Positions 37,708 through 49,957 of a DNA stretch of 64,000 bases are shown here, one piece after another (position 1 is the stretch's first letter; each line of letters opens with the position of its first letter). Source of the DNA: an uncultured virus (IMG/VR IMGVR_UViG_3300027736_000023) (lineage: Duplodnaviria; Heunggongvirae; Uroviricota; Caudoviricetes). Where the stretch lies: IMG/VR virus record IMGVR_UViG_3300027736_000023; one strand, written 5' to 3'. The notes under the pieces were generated by a model. The model searched no databases. It was given only the letters and a program-made list of their open reading frames with translations, and was not told the DNA's origin. The position numbers and the translations under genes are program-made.

Positions 37708-39560
37708 TGTATTTCACAAGCTCCTCCAGCACAGGCTAATTCGCCAGATAGGTCAGTATTATCAACCATTTCAATAACTTTAGATAAGTCAATTCCAGTT
37801 AATGATTTTAACATTTCTTCGTATTTTTCTTCAGAGCAGTCCTCAAATGGAGCTTGAATATAGGTTCCACCGTTATATGGTAAAACCGATAAGCCATTAT
37901 AGAATGATTTATTATCCCACATCCATTCACCAACAGTTTCCCATTCGTCTGGTTTAATTGAAACTGTTGCAGAAATATTATGAGTATTTTGACCGGTACG
38001 ATGACCAGTTTTTACCCAATTTGAATAAAAAGATTTTACTCTTTCTAGTAATTCAATTGCAGATTCATTTCTAAATATTGAACCGGCTGGTGCTTTTTGT
38101 GGAACTGAAATTACAGCAGTATCATGCGGACGGAAGTACTCATCTTCAAGTAGTTCAGGATGATAAATTGCAAGATAAGAATAAATTGCCTCATTTTTTC
38201 CAACTCTAATTCTACGAATATAGTGATCATTATGCCATGCATGAATTCCAGAAGAAGTTCCCAATACCAATGATGAAGTTCCTGATGGTTTAATTGTAGT
38301 ACATCTGGCTGATGCATTTATCTTAATTTGTTTTGCAACAATTACATTGGTTTCTTTTACTAGGTCAGCAGCCTGTTTAAGATCAAATTTTTGGGCTGAT
38401 CCTGAGCCTATACCAGTCATACCAACACCAATTAAAGCATCCTTTTCAGTAGTACGTTGCCATATTGGACGTAAATAATGAAAATTAGTATAGCCAGCTT
38501 GCAGAGTTCCAATAAATGAAGCAGCTTTAACTCTTTCATTTAAATCTTCTTGTGTAGTAATATCAGAGACATTAACTTCACATAAGTTACAAAATTGAAA
38601 TGGACGTAGAGCAATTTCACAGCATGGATTAGTACCCCAATCTTTATCGTTTGACAAATAAATTCCAGGTTCTCCAGTTCCACTTGCTTCAATTTTTTTC
38701 CATAAGTCCATAAAGAAGCTCTTAGTTATCTTATTTCTTAATAAGACCGCTGAGTTATTTGCTCGGCCCCTTTGTGGATTAAGTTCCCACCATGATCCAC
38801 TCTTTGAAGAAATCATATTTTCATCATCTGCACTAAATAAAGAAATTAATGCAGCTCGACGAATACCTCCAGCCAATACCGCATCGGCAATATGACAAAC
38901 AATATCGTGTACTTCAATACAAGATAATTTATCATTATCAACCTTAGAGTCAAGAATTCCCTGTATTTTAATTAAACACTCTTTTAAGGGTTGAGGGCCT
39001 GGTGCTTTACCACCTGACGTAACTAATAGTGCACCTTTTTGGCGAATATCAGAAAAGTCAAAATTAATAGTAGAACCACCTTCAAAATAAGACTTCATTA
39101 ATAATTTAACCGCATCTGCCCAGCCTTCAATTGAGTCTCCAATTAAATATCTACGAGATTTAGTAGTATTAGGTTTTCTAATTTCTGGAAGTTCGTCAAC
39201 ATGGTGTTTCTGTACTGAATAGCCTACACCAGTTCCGCCTAATAATAAAAACATAATTTCGCCAAATGCACGCCAATCATCGATCGGTAAATATGCACAA
39301 TTGTAGATACGATTTGGAGAAATTTCAATTGGTTTACCACCAAACTGTAAACTACGCATTGATGGTAGAATTTTTTTATCATACACAAATTTATAAGTCT
39401 CATTAATCTCAGCAGTTAACTGTGGATATTTCTTTATGTGCATTTCTTTATTTCGAGTTACAAGTTCTTCCCATGTTTCTCTTCTCTGTACATCATTACG
39501 AAACCTGGCGTATTTCATATAAACCGTTACGTCTGATAAAATTTCACTTGCTAAATTCAT
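37704..39560 (-). CDS. nrdJ: Class II (adenosylcobalamin-dependent) ribonucleotide reductase
   Basis: RETWEE, LPSMRSL, IYNCAY, GTGVGYSV, AGGIRRAA, GEPG, TNPCCEI, FQFCNL, TIKPSGT and C-terminal CAGGAC; no beta subunit adjacent. Confidence 0.92.
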   Translation of the reverse strand: MNLASEILSDVTVYMKYARFRNDVQRRETWEELVTRNKEMHIKKYPQLTAEINETYKFVYDKKILPSMRSLQFGGKPIEISPNRIYNCAYLPIDDWRAFGEIMFLLLGGTGVGYSVQKHHVDELPEIRKPNTTKSRRYLIGDSIEGWADAVKLLMKSYFEGGSTINFDFSDIRQKGALLVTSGGKAPGPQPLKECLIKIQGILDSKVDNDKLSCIEVHDIVCHIADAVLAGGIRRAALISLFSADDENMISSKSGSWWELNPQRGRANNSAVLLRNKITKSFFMDLWKKIEASGTGEPGIYLSNDKDWGTNPCCEIALRPFQFCNLCEVNVSDITTQEDLNERVKAASFIGTLQAGYTNFHYLRPIWQRTTEKDALIGVGMTGIGSGSAQKFDLKQAADLVKETNVIVAKQIKINASARCTTIKPSGTSSLVLGTSSGIHAWHNDHYIRRIRVGKNEAIYSYLAIYHPELLEDEYFRPHDTAVISVPQKAPAGSIFRNESAIELLERVKSFYSNWVKTGHRTGQNTHNISATVSIKPDEWETVGEWMWDNKSFYNGLSVLPYNGGTYIQAPFEDCSEEKYEEMLKSLTGIDLSKVIEMVDNTDLSGELACAGGACEIQ

Positions 39561-39827
39561 TTTCTTTTTTATTTTTTTAATGTTTCTAATTAAATATACT
39601 AAATTACCTGGCCTGTAGAGATAACTTTTTAATTATGACCTACTGGTAAGTTCATTACTTAATTTAATTAATGTTTTGTTAATTTACTTGATGCATTTTG
39701 AGTACTTAGCCGAATTTTATAATTAGTTTGTTTGTTAATAATTTGACTAATTTTATAAAAATTCAACTTCTTAATTAAACTTGACTCTTGCATCTAGGTT
39801 ATTTATTATACCAATAACTGCTAAATA

Positions 39828-41012
39828 TTACGCGTTTATAAAATCTAATTTTAAAGTTTTACGAATAGTATCAACTTTAAGAATTTTAACTTCTCCATCG
39901 TTAGGTATTCGGAATTTACCCTTAAGGTGATTTACATCATTTTTGAAAATTTCATTAGTTTCAGGAATCGTGATTTCAATGAAAAAATTATCTTTATTTA
40001 GGACAAAATTTAAGGTACGTCCTTCTATTTCAGTTTTTATTTTTTGCCAAGTAATTTTTTCTTGATCAACTTTAGCTAAATCATTTGTTAAAATAATTCT
40101 AGGTTCACCTTTTTTAACAATAATGTCCTTAATATAGAAATCTAATACATCACCTGATTTAAAAGTACTTGTGTCTTCAATATAATTAGCAAATTCAGAT
40201 TTATGAAGTAATCCTGTATAATAATTTTGAAATTCAATAAATATTCCAAATTCATATGGTTTATTTGTTAAAATTCCAGTATATTTTTTACCAAATTCTA
40301 AATCATATACTTTTTGAGGAAGTGTATGTTTGATATATTTCTTGTATGAAATAATATATAAATCATTAACGGAATCATAATTTTCTATCATTACTGGAAT
40401 TTCAGTATTTAAGTAGTCATTAAAATCACGAATTACATTGGCAGCAGCATGAGATCCTGGTAAGAAACATTTAACGGTTCCTTTGTATAGCGCTAAATAT
40501 CCACCTTTTACCAAGCTAATAACTTTAACATAAAACCATTTATCAGTTTTTAAGAAGTCGTTTAGCGTATCTCTATATGAAATTGCAGCACACTGTTTTT
40601 CAGATGCATAAAATTCTCCACTGTCAACTTTTGTAATAATGGCTTTAAATTCTCTAGGATAGTCTCCATTAACTAATAACGAAGGCTCTTCTGAAAAGTC
40701 TCTAAATGGAATAAATATTGAAGACTTTGAGTGTTTTTCATAAGTAACAATTAGCTTATTATCAAAATCAATACTCTTTGCAATCACTGTACATAATTGG
40801 CCTTCACTAAAGTCTTTTATACTGATCATTGAATGAGAGCTATGACTTGAATACATTTCGTATAGGTCTTGAGCATAGTTTTCTTTACAATAAATTTTCA
40901 TACCAGCCGCTGAGTCTGACTCAGTTAATTTTATTGAGGTATTAAATTTTGAATTTGTTTGACCGTATACTAGATCAAAATCTGGAGAATTTGGAATATG
41001 GGTAGTTTGCAT
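39828..41012 (-). CDS. Ribosomal protein S1-like multi-S1-domain protein
   Basis: VKVISLVKGGY...CFLPGSH...IPVMIENYD...IISYK and YTG......FGIFIEF..YYTGLLHKSE...FKSGD are S1-domain patterns. Confidence 0.75.
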   Translation of the reverse strand: MQTTHIPNSPDFDLVYGQTNSKFNTSIKLTESDSAAGMKIYCKENYAQDLYEMYSSHSSHSMISIKDFSEGQLCTVIAKSIDFDNKLIVTYEKHSKSSIFIPFRDFSEEPSLLVNGDYPREFKAIITKVDSGEFYASEKQCAAISYRDTLNDFLKTDKWFYVKVISLVKGGYLALYKGTVKCFLPGSHAAANVIRDFNDYLNTEIPVMIENYDSVNDLYIISYKKYIKHTLPQKVYDLEFGKKYTGILTNKPYEFGIFIEFQNYYTGLLHKSEFANYIEDTSTFKSGDVLDFYIKDIIVKKGEPRIILTNDLAKVDQEKITWQKIKTEIEGRTLNFVLNKDNFFIEITIPETNEIFKNDVNHLKGKFRIPNDGEVKILKVDTIRKTLKLDFINA

Positions 41013-41030
41013 AGATTATTTGTATATAAA

Positions 41031-41057
41031 ATTATACAGAAAATTAACTATTGGTTT
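41031..41057 (-). promoter_or_regulatory. AAACC-N16-TATAAT promoter-like motif
   Basis: attata at 41031-41036 and ggttt at 41053-41057, upstream of the S1-like gene. Confidence 0.6.
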
Positions 41058-41076
41058 TAATTAAACCATATATAAA

Positions 41077-44000
41077 TTAAAGAATATGAGGATACGAAGC
41101 CAGATTAATAGGTGGAATTCCTGGAAATATACCTGGAGACTTTGAACTGAATATTAAAGATCCAGTAGAGTTCATTGAAAATTTCCAAGCCAATTCATCA
41201 AGAAAAATAGTAAATAATGGATTTTTATGAGTAAGTCTTTCCCATGGAGGAAGATCATCACTATTAAGGATTGGGTGAAATAGTCTAGCGGTCGCAACTG
41301 AAGTAAATGTAATAGGCGGAGCCAGTGCACATAGACTAAGCGATGCAATCCAGGCAACTGGAGATAATGTCGGCTCTATCTCTTCCAGTGCAAGTAGAGC
41401 ACCAAGTTTAATAATATTAGTTAAAAGTGGATTTGCAATCATTAGTTTAAGACCTGGTGGAATTTCAGAGTCAATTTTCATTATTGCAAGTTTTATTAAG
41501 TTAATTTGAAGAATAGCAGCCTCTACTATATTATATGAAAATGTTTTTAATGCCTTTGCAATTGCAGCAATTGCGTCAACGATTGTTGCAATTGGAATAA
41601 GAATATCTTCAAATACCAAAGTAATAAGTTCCCTAACTACTTCAATTAGGTCAGCCGCGGTTAATAGGTATAAGTATTGAGAAATATCTATTGGAAATAA
41701 TGGTAATTTAGGTAAACTAAACTTCTTACCAGTTTTTGAAATTACAGTTATAACGACAGTTTTAAGTATTGGATTTCCATTTGTATCTACTGCAATCGTA
41801 GAATTTGAACCAGCTTCTCCAACTATTTCAAGAGAAACCGTTAAATCTTTTCCGCAGGCAGTAGTAAGAACCTTAGTTATTAATTTTTTATCTACACTAG
41901 TGGTTGCAGTAATGGTTTGGGTTGAATTTGAACCTCCGCCTACCGTAAATGTATTAGCGGTTAAAGTAAGGGAACCTGATTCATTAGCATGTAATAATAA
42001 TTTTAAAATTGCTTCAATTAGAGCAGCCAATCCTAGTCCAATTAAAGCTTTTATTAATGGGTCTAATGGAATAACAATTGGAACAAGCGGAGGATGTAAT
42101 GGATTTACTGATTTTAAAACAGACAATGATGTTACCATTGGTATTACTGATTGTGTAATATATTGTATAAAACCGGCAATATTAGGTAAAGGAATTGGCG
42201 GAATCATTAATATTAACTGCTCAATTATAATTGGAATAAGTGTACTAGCTAAATCATTTGGAATTTGAGAAAGTCCCAATAATTCCATAATACTTTCAGC
42301 CGTTAATGAATTTATTAATGCATTAAAAAGTTCGTAAATAAGAGCAAGAGCAATTGCTAAGTCTGGAGAAACACCTGGAAATAATTCAACCGGTTTAACT
42401 TCACAGCACTTTTTATTTAGGTCAAATATATTTATTGCAGGTATACTAAGTAGAGCAACCGCCGTTGCTGATAATATTTTTTTAATTGTTTCTTGTCTAG
42501 CGGCTTTAGCTCTAAGTATTTCAGCCTTTTCAGCTTCACTGACGTCCTCATCAGTATCATGGCCGACATTTTCTCCCTTTATATAGTCTAATATACTTTT
42601 AAAAAAATCCTTTAATAAATCTTTAAAGTCTTTAATGCCTTGCTCAGTATTAAGATTAAATGATGGATATTTTTTTAATAACTCTTTTACTTTTTTTGTT
42701 TCTAAAATTATTGCAATTAATGTAATAATTTGTTCTTGTAGGGTTGATACCAGCGGTATAGCTGAACCCAATGCAATTAATTCAATAATATCTTCAACAC
42801 ACTTAAGTACCTCAGGAAGACCTGGATTATGTTTAGATGCATCTTTTGGAAATTGTAAAATTCCAAATTTCATTTTTTTATCGTAAAAGCTGGTAAAATC
42901 CTCAATAGTTGCATCAATTTGTTCTGGAATAGTTAGTGGATTTGCATCACGAGCAGCCTTTCTATCTTTTCTCTTTTTTGCTAGGTCCGTTTCGTTAGAG
43001 GCATCATCTTCTTGCTCTGCCCTATTTTTCCTAACTTTATCTTTAAGCGCAGAAATTGCATTAATTGGTATATCACCAATTTTATTAAGTTGTTTATTAA
43101 TATTACTTTGAATCTTAACAATATCGTTAGTAAATTCGCCTCCGCCAGCTCCAAGTAGCATGGCTAACATCATTTCGGCTTCACTTAATTTATCTAAAAA
43201 TGGAATTTTACCAGCGGCGATATCCTCAGCAATTTTGGCTAATCTAGCAGCCTTTTCAGCAGCGGCAACAACACTTAAAGGAGACATTAATGCGCCCTTT
43301 ATTGGCTGACCTTTATATGGATTCTTTATATTTATTCCCAATGGGTTTTTGGAGTCTGGACCATTATCTAATTCATATCCAAGAACAAGTGGTTTATTAG
43401 TGGCTGGGTCACTGTACAACCAGGTTGGATTGGTTGATACTGCTAAATATTTACGTCCATCTGGTCCAAAATACAAAACATATAAAGACGGTAAAGGAAT
43501 TGGAAATGGAATTATTCTAATTTCATCATTGTTTATATCAAGTGTTACTGGATTTCCATTTATTACGGCAGTTATTGCATCTACTACTACTTTTTTGCAA
43601 GTAATTGGTAATCCTAGTATTATTACAATTGTACCTAATGGCGTAGGTATTGAAATTAATGGTTTATAGAATTGAGGTAATGGTAGTGTAAGTATACCTA
43701 CTCCAGGAATAGGTACAAATGTATTAATTGGATAATATCTAAATCCCGAATTTGCTGGAGGAGGTCCAGTTGTGTCTGGAAATGGAAGTATTGATACTTT
43801 ATTTAAACTTCTTGTAAATTCTTTCCAATAACATTGTGATGTAAAATCTGGAAGGCCTGAGTCATTTCCATCAACTGTTCTAATAATAAATGGATCCTTT
43901 CCTAATTTAAGTCTAGCAGCTACTTCACAATCGTCAGCCGGTTTTTCAATAGAAGCGGCTGCCTCTTTAAAACATGGAATTTCTAAAATTTTAGCAGTTA

Positions 44001-46041
44001 AAATGGTTGGGTCTAGAGAATTTTCCTTGATTATTAGCTGTAAATTTTCTAATTCAGTTGTGCAGTCGGTTAGTCTATTAGTAATTAATAAATTTGATTG
44101 TAGATAGGCTTGATACACAGTAGACAGTGTAGGATCTGGATTATATGTAAATGTATTTTGTAAATTCTGTAAGTTATTATTTACAGAATAGGTAACTGGC
44201 TTTGAAAATTTTATATACGAGTTAACTATTTTATTAAATAAAGTAGCAACTTCTCTGCGTGCAACAAGTTTAATATCATTAACTATATCATTAATTACTG
44301 AAGGATATATTTCAGTACGCTCTGTATTAATTTTATCTGTAATATTTTTACCTAAGTCTTCATAAAATTTAGAATAGGTTTCTATATTTGAAATATAATA
44401 TGTTCTTTTATTTGATTCACTGTCATCATCAAGAGTATTATCAATTTTTTCAGTAATAATAGCAGCATCAGGTGTATCTTTTAAACTTGGATCAATCAGA
44501 AAACGACTAAGACTAAGGCCTCTTTCCGCAAGGGTAAAGAAGTTATTAATTGGATTTGATAATTTATTATAGAGTCCACTATATGGATATGGGAAATATC
44601 CATTATATAATAAACCAGGTATCTTAGAATAGTCAGCTCGACTTCTTCTACGTGGAAGATTATTGTAGTCGAAAAATGAGTCAAGATCTTCAGGCTCAGT
44701 TATCTCGGAGTCCTCTTCATCTTTACCAAATTTAGTAATTGTATAAACATCATCAAATATATTAGTAGTTAAATACGGGCTGTTTTTAATAGGAATAATA
44801 GTGTCTGGAGTTATATCTATTACTGGATTGGTTAACTTACCTTCTGAGTCTTTCACATTTATATAGCCAACTGATCCATCTTCTAACTCAACTGGCAGTT
44901 TAATTCTTACAAAGTTACCATCAATAATTCTAGGAACTAATTTTAAATTAAGTATTGTAATATCACTAGGATTACTTGGAATAATTTGAGTTTTTAAGCC
45001 CACTGAAATTTGGCCAGATAGTTTTGAAAATAATTCAGAAATGTCATATGCAAGAGTCGATACGTTAGCAGCTTCGGTATTAAGCAAATCAATCCCGTTT
45101 AAAATTTGAGACTGGGCTACCAGTGCTTCATTTTGAAAATTTAGTTTTTCTTTATGTGCATGTGCTAAGTTTTTAAGTAGTGTAATCCATGTATTTAGCT
45201 CAGGCAATTCATCTCTAATATAGTTTACGTATTCAAAAGATTGAGTAAATATACGAGCTGCGTTAGTTATATTTAAATTTAATACAGTAGAATCAGCATT
45301 GGCATTTATATTATCTATGGTATCAAATAAGTTAAGAGTTGGTGAGTTTGCGTTTACTGGATCTAATTTACTAATTGCTAAATTAATATTAGCTTCAGTA
45401 TTATTTTTAATAATTCGATAGGTATTAATAGCAGTAGCGTAAACAATAGTTGAGGGATATAAATTAGAAAACTGGGCAATTTTAGTAATAATAGCGGAAA
45501 TAAAACCGTCTTGGTATCCTTTTGCCGCGTCGGTTGCTTGCTCCGCAACAGAATACAGTAAATAGGTATCTTTGCTACTTGGAATTTTTCCGGCAATTGT
45601 GAGAGTAATTTGGTCAATTTCGGTTGACAGCCTATCAACTTCGTCTTCCCAATACCTATATTGAGAGGCAAGAGGTTCCGTTATATCAACTATTGAATTA
45701 AAAAAATCAACCCTTTCTTGACTGTATATTTTAATAATATCAAGGTTATCAATAAGCTCTTCAACTTTAATCTTAACGATTGAGGCTTTTATACTGGTTG
45801 GAACTTTTGCAGTTTCAATTGCAATTATCTCTTTGATTTTTTCAGTAGCTTCTGGAATACAGCCAGTTTTAGAAAGTGTATCTTCAATTGTAACGGTTGG
45901 GTTAGTAATTAAAATATCAGGATCAGCAACCGTTTTGATACAGGCTTTTGCCTTGGCTAAATCAGCCTCAGTAAATATAATATTTGGGATAGCCTCACAT
46001 TTAACCTGATTAATTATGTCCTTAAATGTTAATTCTGACAT
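41077..46041 (-). CDS. Very large hypothetical protein with hydrophobic, Pro-rich C-terminal half
   Basis: 1654-aa uninterrupted ORF; helical N-half and many Ile/Leu/Pro-rich segments in the C-half. Confidence 0.8.
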   Translation of the reverse strand: MSELTFKDIINQVKCEAIPNIIFTEADLAKAKACIKTVADPDILITNPTVTIEDTLSKTGCIPEATEKIKEIIAIETAKVPTSIKASIVKIKVEELIDNLDIIKIYSQERVDFFNSIVDITEPLASQYRYWEDEVDRLSTEIDQITLTIAGKIPSSKDTYLLYSVAEQATDAAKGYQDGFISAIITKIAQFSNLYPSTIVYATAINTYRIIKNNTEANINLAISKLDPVNANSPTLNLFDTIDNINANADSTVLNLNITNAARIFTQSFEYVNYIRDELPELNTWITLLKNLAHAHKEKLNFQNEALVAQSQILNGIDLLNTEAANVSTLAYDISELFSKLSGQISVGLKTQIIPSNPSDITILNLKLVPRIIDGNFVRIKLPVELEDGSVGYINVKDSEGKLTNPVIDITPDTIIPIKNSPYLTTNIFDDVYTITKFGKDEEDSEITEPEDLDSFFDYNNLPRRRSRADYSKIPGLLYNGYFPYPYSGLYNKLSNPINNFFTLAERGLSLSRFLIDPSLKDTPDAAIITEKIDNTLDDDSESNKRTYYISNIETYSKFYEDLGKNITDKINTERTEIYPSVINDIVNDIKLVARREVATLFNKIVNSYIKFSKPVTYSVNNNLQNLQNTFTYNPDPTLSTVYQAYLQSNLLITNRLTDCTTELENLQLIIKENSLDPTILTAKILEIPCFKEAAASIEKPADDCEVAARLKLGKDPFIIRTVDGNDSGLPDFTSQCYWKEFTRSLNKVSILPFPDTTGPPPANSGFRYYPINTFVPIPGVGILTLPLPQFYKPLISIPTPLGTIVIILGLPITCKKVVVDAITAVINGNPVTLDINNDEIRIIPFPIPLPSLYVLYFGPDGRKYLAVSTNPTWLYSDPATNKPLVLGYELDNGPDSKNPLGINIKNPYKGQPIKGALMSPLSVVAAAEKAARLAKIAEDIAAGKIPFLDKLSEAEMMLAMLLGAGGGEFTNDIVKIQSNINKQLNKIGDIPINAISALKDKVRKNRAEQEDDASNETDLAKKRKDRKAARDANPLTIPEQIDATIEDFTSFYDKKMKFGILQFPKDASKHNPGLPEVLKCVEDIIELIALGSAIPLVSTLQEQIITLIAIILETKKVKELLKKYPSFNLNTEQGIKDFKDLLKDFFKSILDYIKGENVGHDTDEDVSEAEKAEILRAKAARQETIKKILSATAVALLSIPAINIFDLNKKCCEVKPVELFPGVSPDLAIALALIYELFNALINSLTAESIMELLGLSQIPNDLASTLIPIIIEQLILMIPPIPLPNIAGFIQYITQSVIPMVTSLSVLKSVNPLHPPLVPIVIPLDPLIKALIGLGLAALIEAILKLLLHANESGSLTLTANTFTVGGGSNSTQTITATTSVDKKLITKVLTTACGKDLTVSLEIVGEAGSNSTIAVDTNGNPILKTVVITVISKTGKKFSLPKLPLFPIDISQYLYLLTAADLIEVVRELITLVFEDILIPIATIVDAIAAIAKALKTFSYNIVEAAILQINLIKLAIMKIDSEIPPGLKLMIANPLLTNIIKLGALLALEEIEPTLSPVAWIASLSLCALAPPITFTSVATARLFHPILNSDDLPPWERLTHKNPLFTIFLDELAWKFSMNSTGSLIFSSKSPGIFPGIPPINLASYPHIL

Positions 46042-46093
46042 TAACTATGAATAGTTATTTTATTTTATCTATAGTCATTTATTAAAAAGTAAA

Positions 46094-46121
46094 TGCCTGA
46101 ACAGATTACTCCGGTCAGGCA
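46094..46121 (-). terminator. Hairpin downstream of groL, possible terminator
   Basis: tgcctga...tcaggca inverted repeat with an A-rich flank. Confidence 0.5.
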
Positions 46122-46153
46122 AGACTCGTCGATGGCTATGGACTATTATATAA

Positions 46154-48488
<2,335 letters not shown>

Positions 48489-48743
48489 ATTTTTAATTTA
48501 AAATTAGATTAATTAATAAAAATATACTAAGATTTTCAGAAATAGGCCTCTAAGGTACCTAGGAAGCTAAGAAACTAATTATCTTTATAATTATAATTAA
48601 AAAGAATAAGTAGACTAAGAATCTAAGGCTCTATACCCACCCAACACCCTTTTTTTACAGTAACTATTTAAATAGTTTTAATTATTTTTCTGAAAACTCT
48701 ATTTTTTTTACTAGTAGAATATGTAAAATGACTCGTATGAATC

Positions 48744-49412
48744 TTGTTAGTAATAGGAATAGACTTTTCAATACAATTTCCAGCAGTTTGCATCAGTAGA
48801 GACTTCAAAAGTTTCAACTGGATTGCCTGCGTCAATACTAAAACCACTAAAGTTCATAAAAAGTTTCTAGACGATATTGAGTTAGAGTATAAATCTATTA
48901 AATTTATTCATTTGCCAAGTAGAGAAAAGAACCATGCTACTTATTCTGCAATTGAAAGGTCAAAATTATCAAATTATTCAACCCTAGTAGACAGTCTTGT
49001 GACAGAAATACTAGCCCAAGTGAAAACTGACGATAGAGTAATAGTTTCTATTGAAGGAATTGCATATGGGGCGCAAGGCAATGCCCTTATCGATATTGCC
49101 CAGTCTACGGGTATGTTAAGAAAGTCAATTTTAGATAGATTATTAACTGGTCATGCTGAAAAACTGTTTATATTTTCACCTGGAGAACTTAAAAATGCAA
49201 TTGGTGCAAAAGGTAATGCCTGTAAATTTGATATTTATGAAATTTTTAAAAATTCACCTAAATTAGCAATAGGCAGCGATCTACATAATTCAATAAATAA
49301 ATATAATGACCAAATACTTAAAGGCCAAGACGTTAAATCTCCATTTATGGATATGATTGACTCGTATTTAGCTGTACTTAAAATATACGAATCACTAAAA
49401 GAACCCAACTAA
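48744..49412 (+). CDS. RuvC-like Holliday junction resolvase/RNase H-fold nuclease (TTG start)
   Basis: IGIDFS...PAVC, VSIEGIAYG, SPGELK....KGNA.K and DMIDSY. Confidence 0.75.
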   Translation: MLVIGIDFSIQFPAVCISRDFKSFNWIACVNTKTTKVHKKFLDDIELEYKSIKFIHLPSREKNHATYSAIERSKLSNYSTLVDSLVTEILAQVKTDDRVIVSIEGIAYGAQGNALIDIAQSTGMLRKSILDRLLTGHAEKLFIFSPGELKNAIGAKGNACKFDIYEIFKNSPKLAIGSDLHNSINKYNDQILKGQDVKSPFMDMIDSYLAVLKIYESLKEPN

Positions 49413-49413
49413 T

Positions 49414-49857
49414 ATGGCTGAAGAACCTATTAAACCCAAGAGTAAAGCAAAACAGAGTAAATACTATATTAATAATAGAGACTTTACCAATGAAATTATT
49501 AGGTGCAAACACGGCAGACTAAATGCAGAAACAGGTTATCAGCACACAGCTGGAGAACTTTCACCAATTGCAATTAACTACTTTATACTACTTGCAAACC
49601 GGGCTATTTTAAAATTAACATTTTCAAATCCATTAGATCGCGAGGACTGTATTCAGTCAGCTCTGCTTGACCTTTTAAGATATTGGAGAAATTTTAATGA
49701 AGAAAAATCAAATAATGCATTTGCCTATTTTACACAAATTGCAAAAAATGGATATGCTAAAGAATATAAAAAGATTCATAAACATATAGGTAAAGGCGAA
49801 AAGGTTGAATTTGTATCTTTAAGTTTTAGCGGAGACTCTGAAATTTATACAATTTAA
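49414..49857 (+). CDS. gp55: Late-transcription sigma factor (T4 gp55-like)
   Basis: YINNRDF, DREDCIQ.A and YWRNFNEEKSNNAFAYFTQIAKN, similar to gp55 NFD..K..NP.AY.TQ...N. Confidence 0.85.
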   Translation: MAEEPIKPKSKAKQSKYYINNRDFTNEIIRCKHGRLNAETGYQHTAGELSPIAINYFILLANRAILKLTFSNPLDREDCIQSALLDLLRYWRNFNEEKSNNAFAYFTQIAKNGYAKEYKKIHKHIGKGEKVEFVSLSFSGDSEIYTI

Positions 49858-49925
49858 TCATTTATTACCGGCAGTCAATAACTCCTATTACTGGCGCTTT
49901 TAAATCTAATCGGCATAAATGTTTT

Positions 49926-49935
49926 GATAAATAAC
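49926..49935 (+). promoter_or_regulatory. Late promoter-like GATAAATAAC
   Basis: About 22 nt upstream of the 1259-aa structural gene. Confidence 0.6.
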
Positions 49936-49957
49936 CCAAAGTACTCTAATAATAAAA

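Noticed and set aside
37704..39560. Intein or intron in nrdJ (also checked helicase and uvsX)
   Set aside because: Lengths are ordinary and no splice-junction or homing endonuclease motifs were seen.
39561..39827. Cobalamin riboswitch upstream of nrdJ
   Set aside because: The region is very AT-rich and no B12-box or conserved stems were recognisable.
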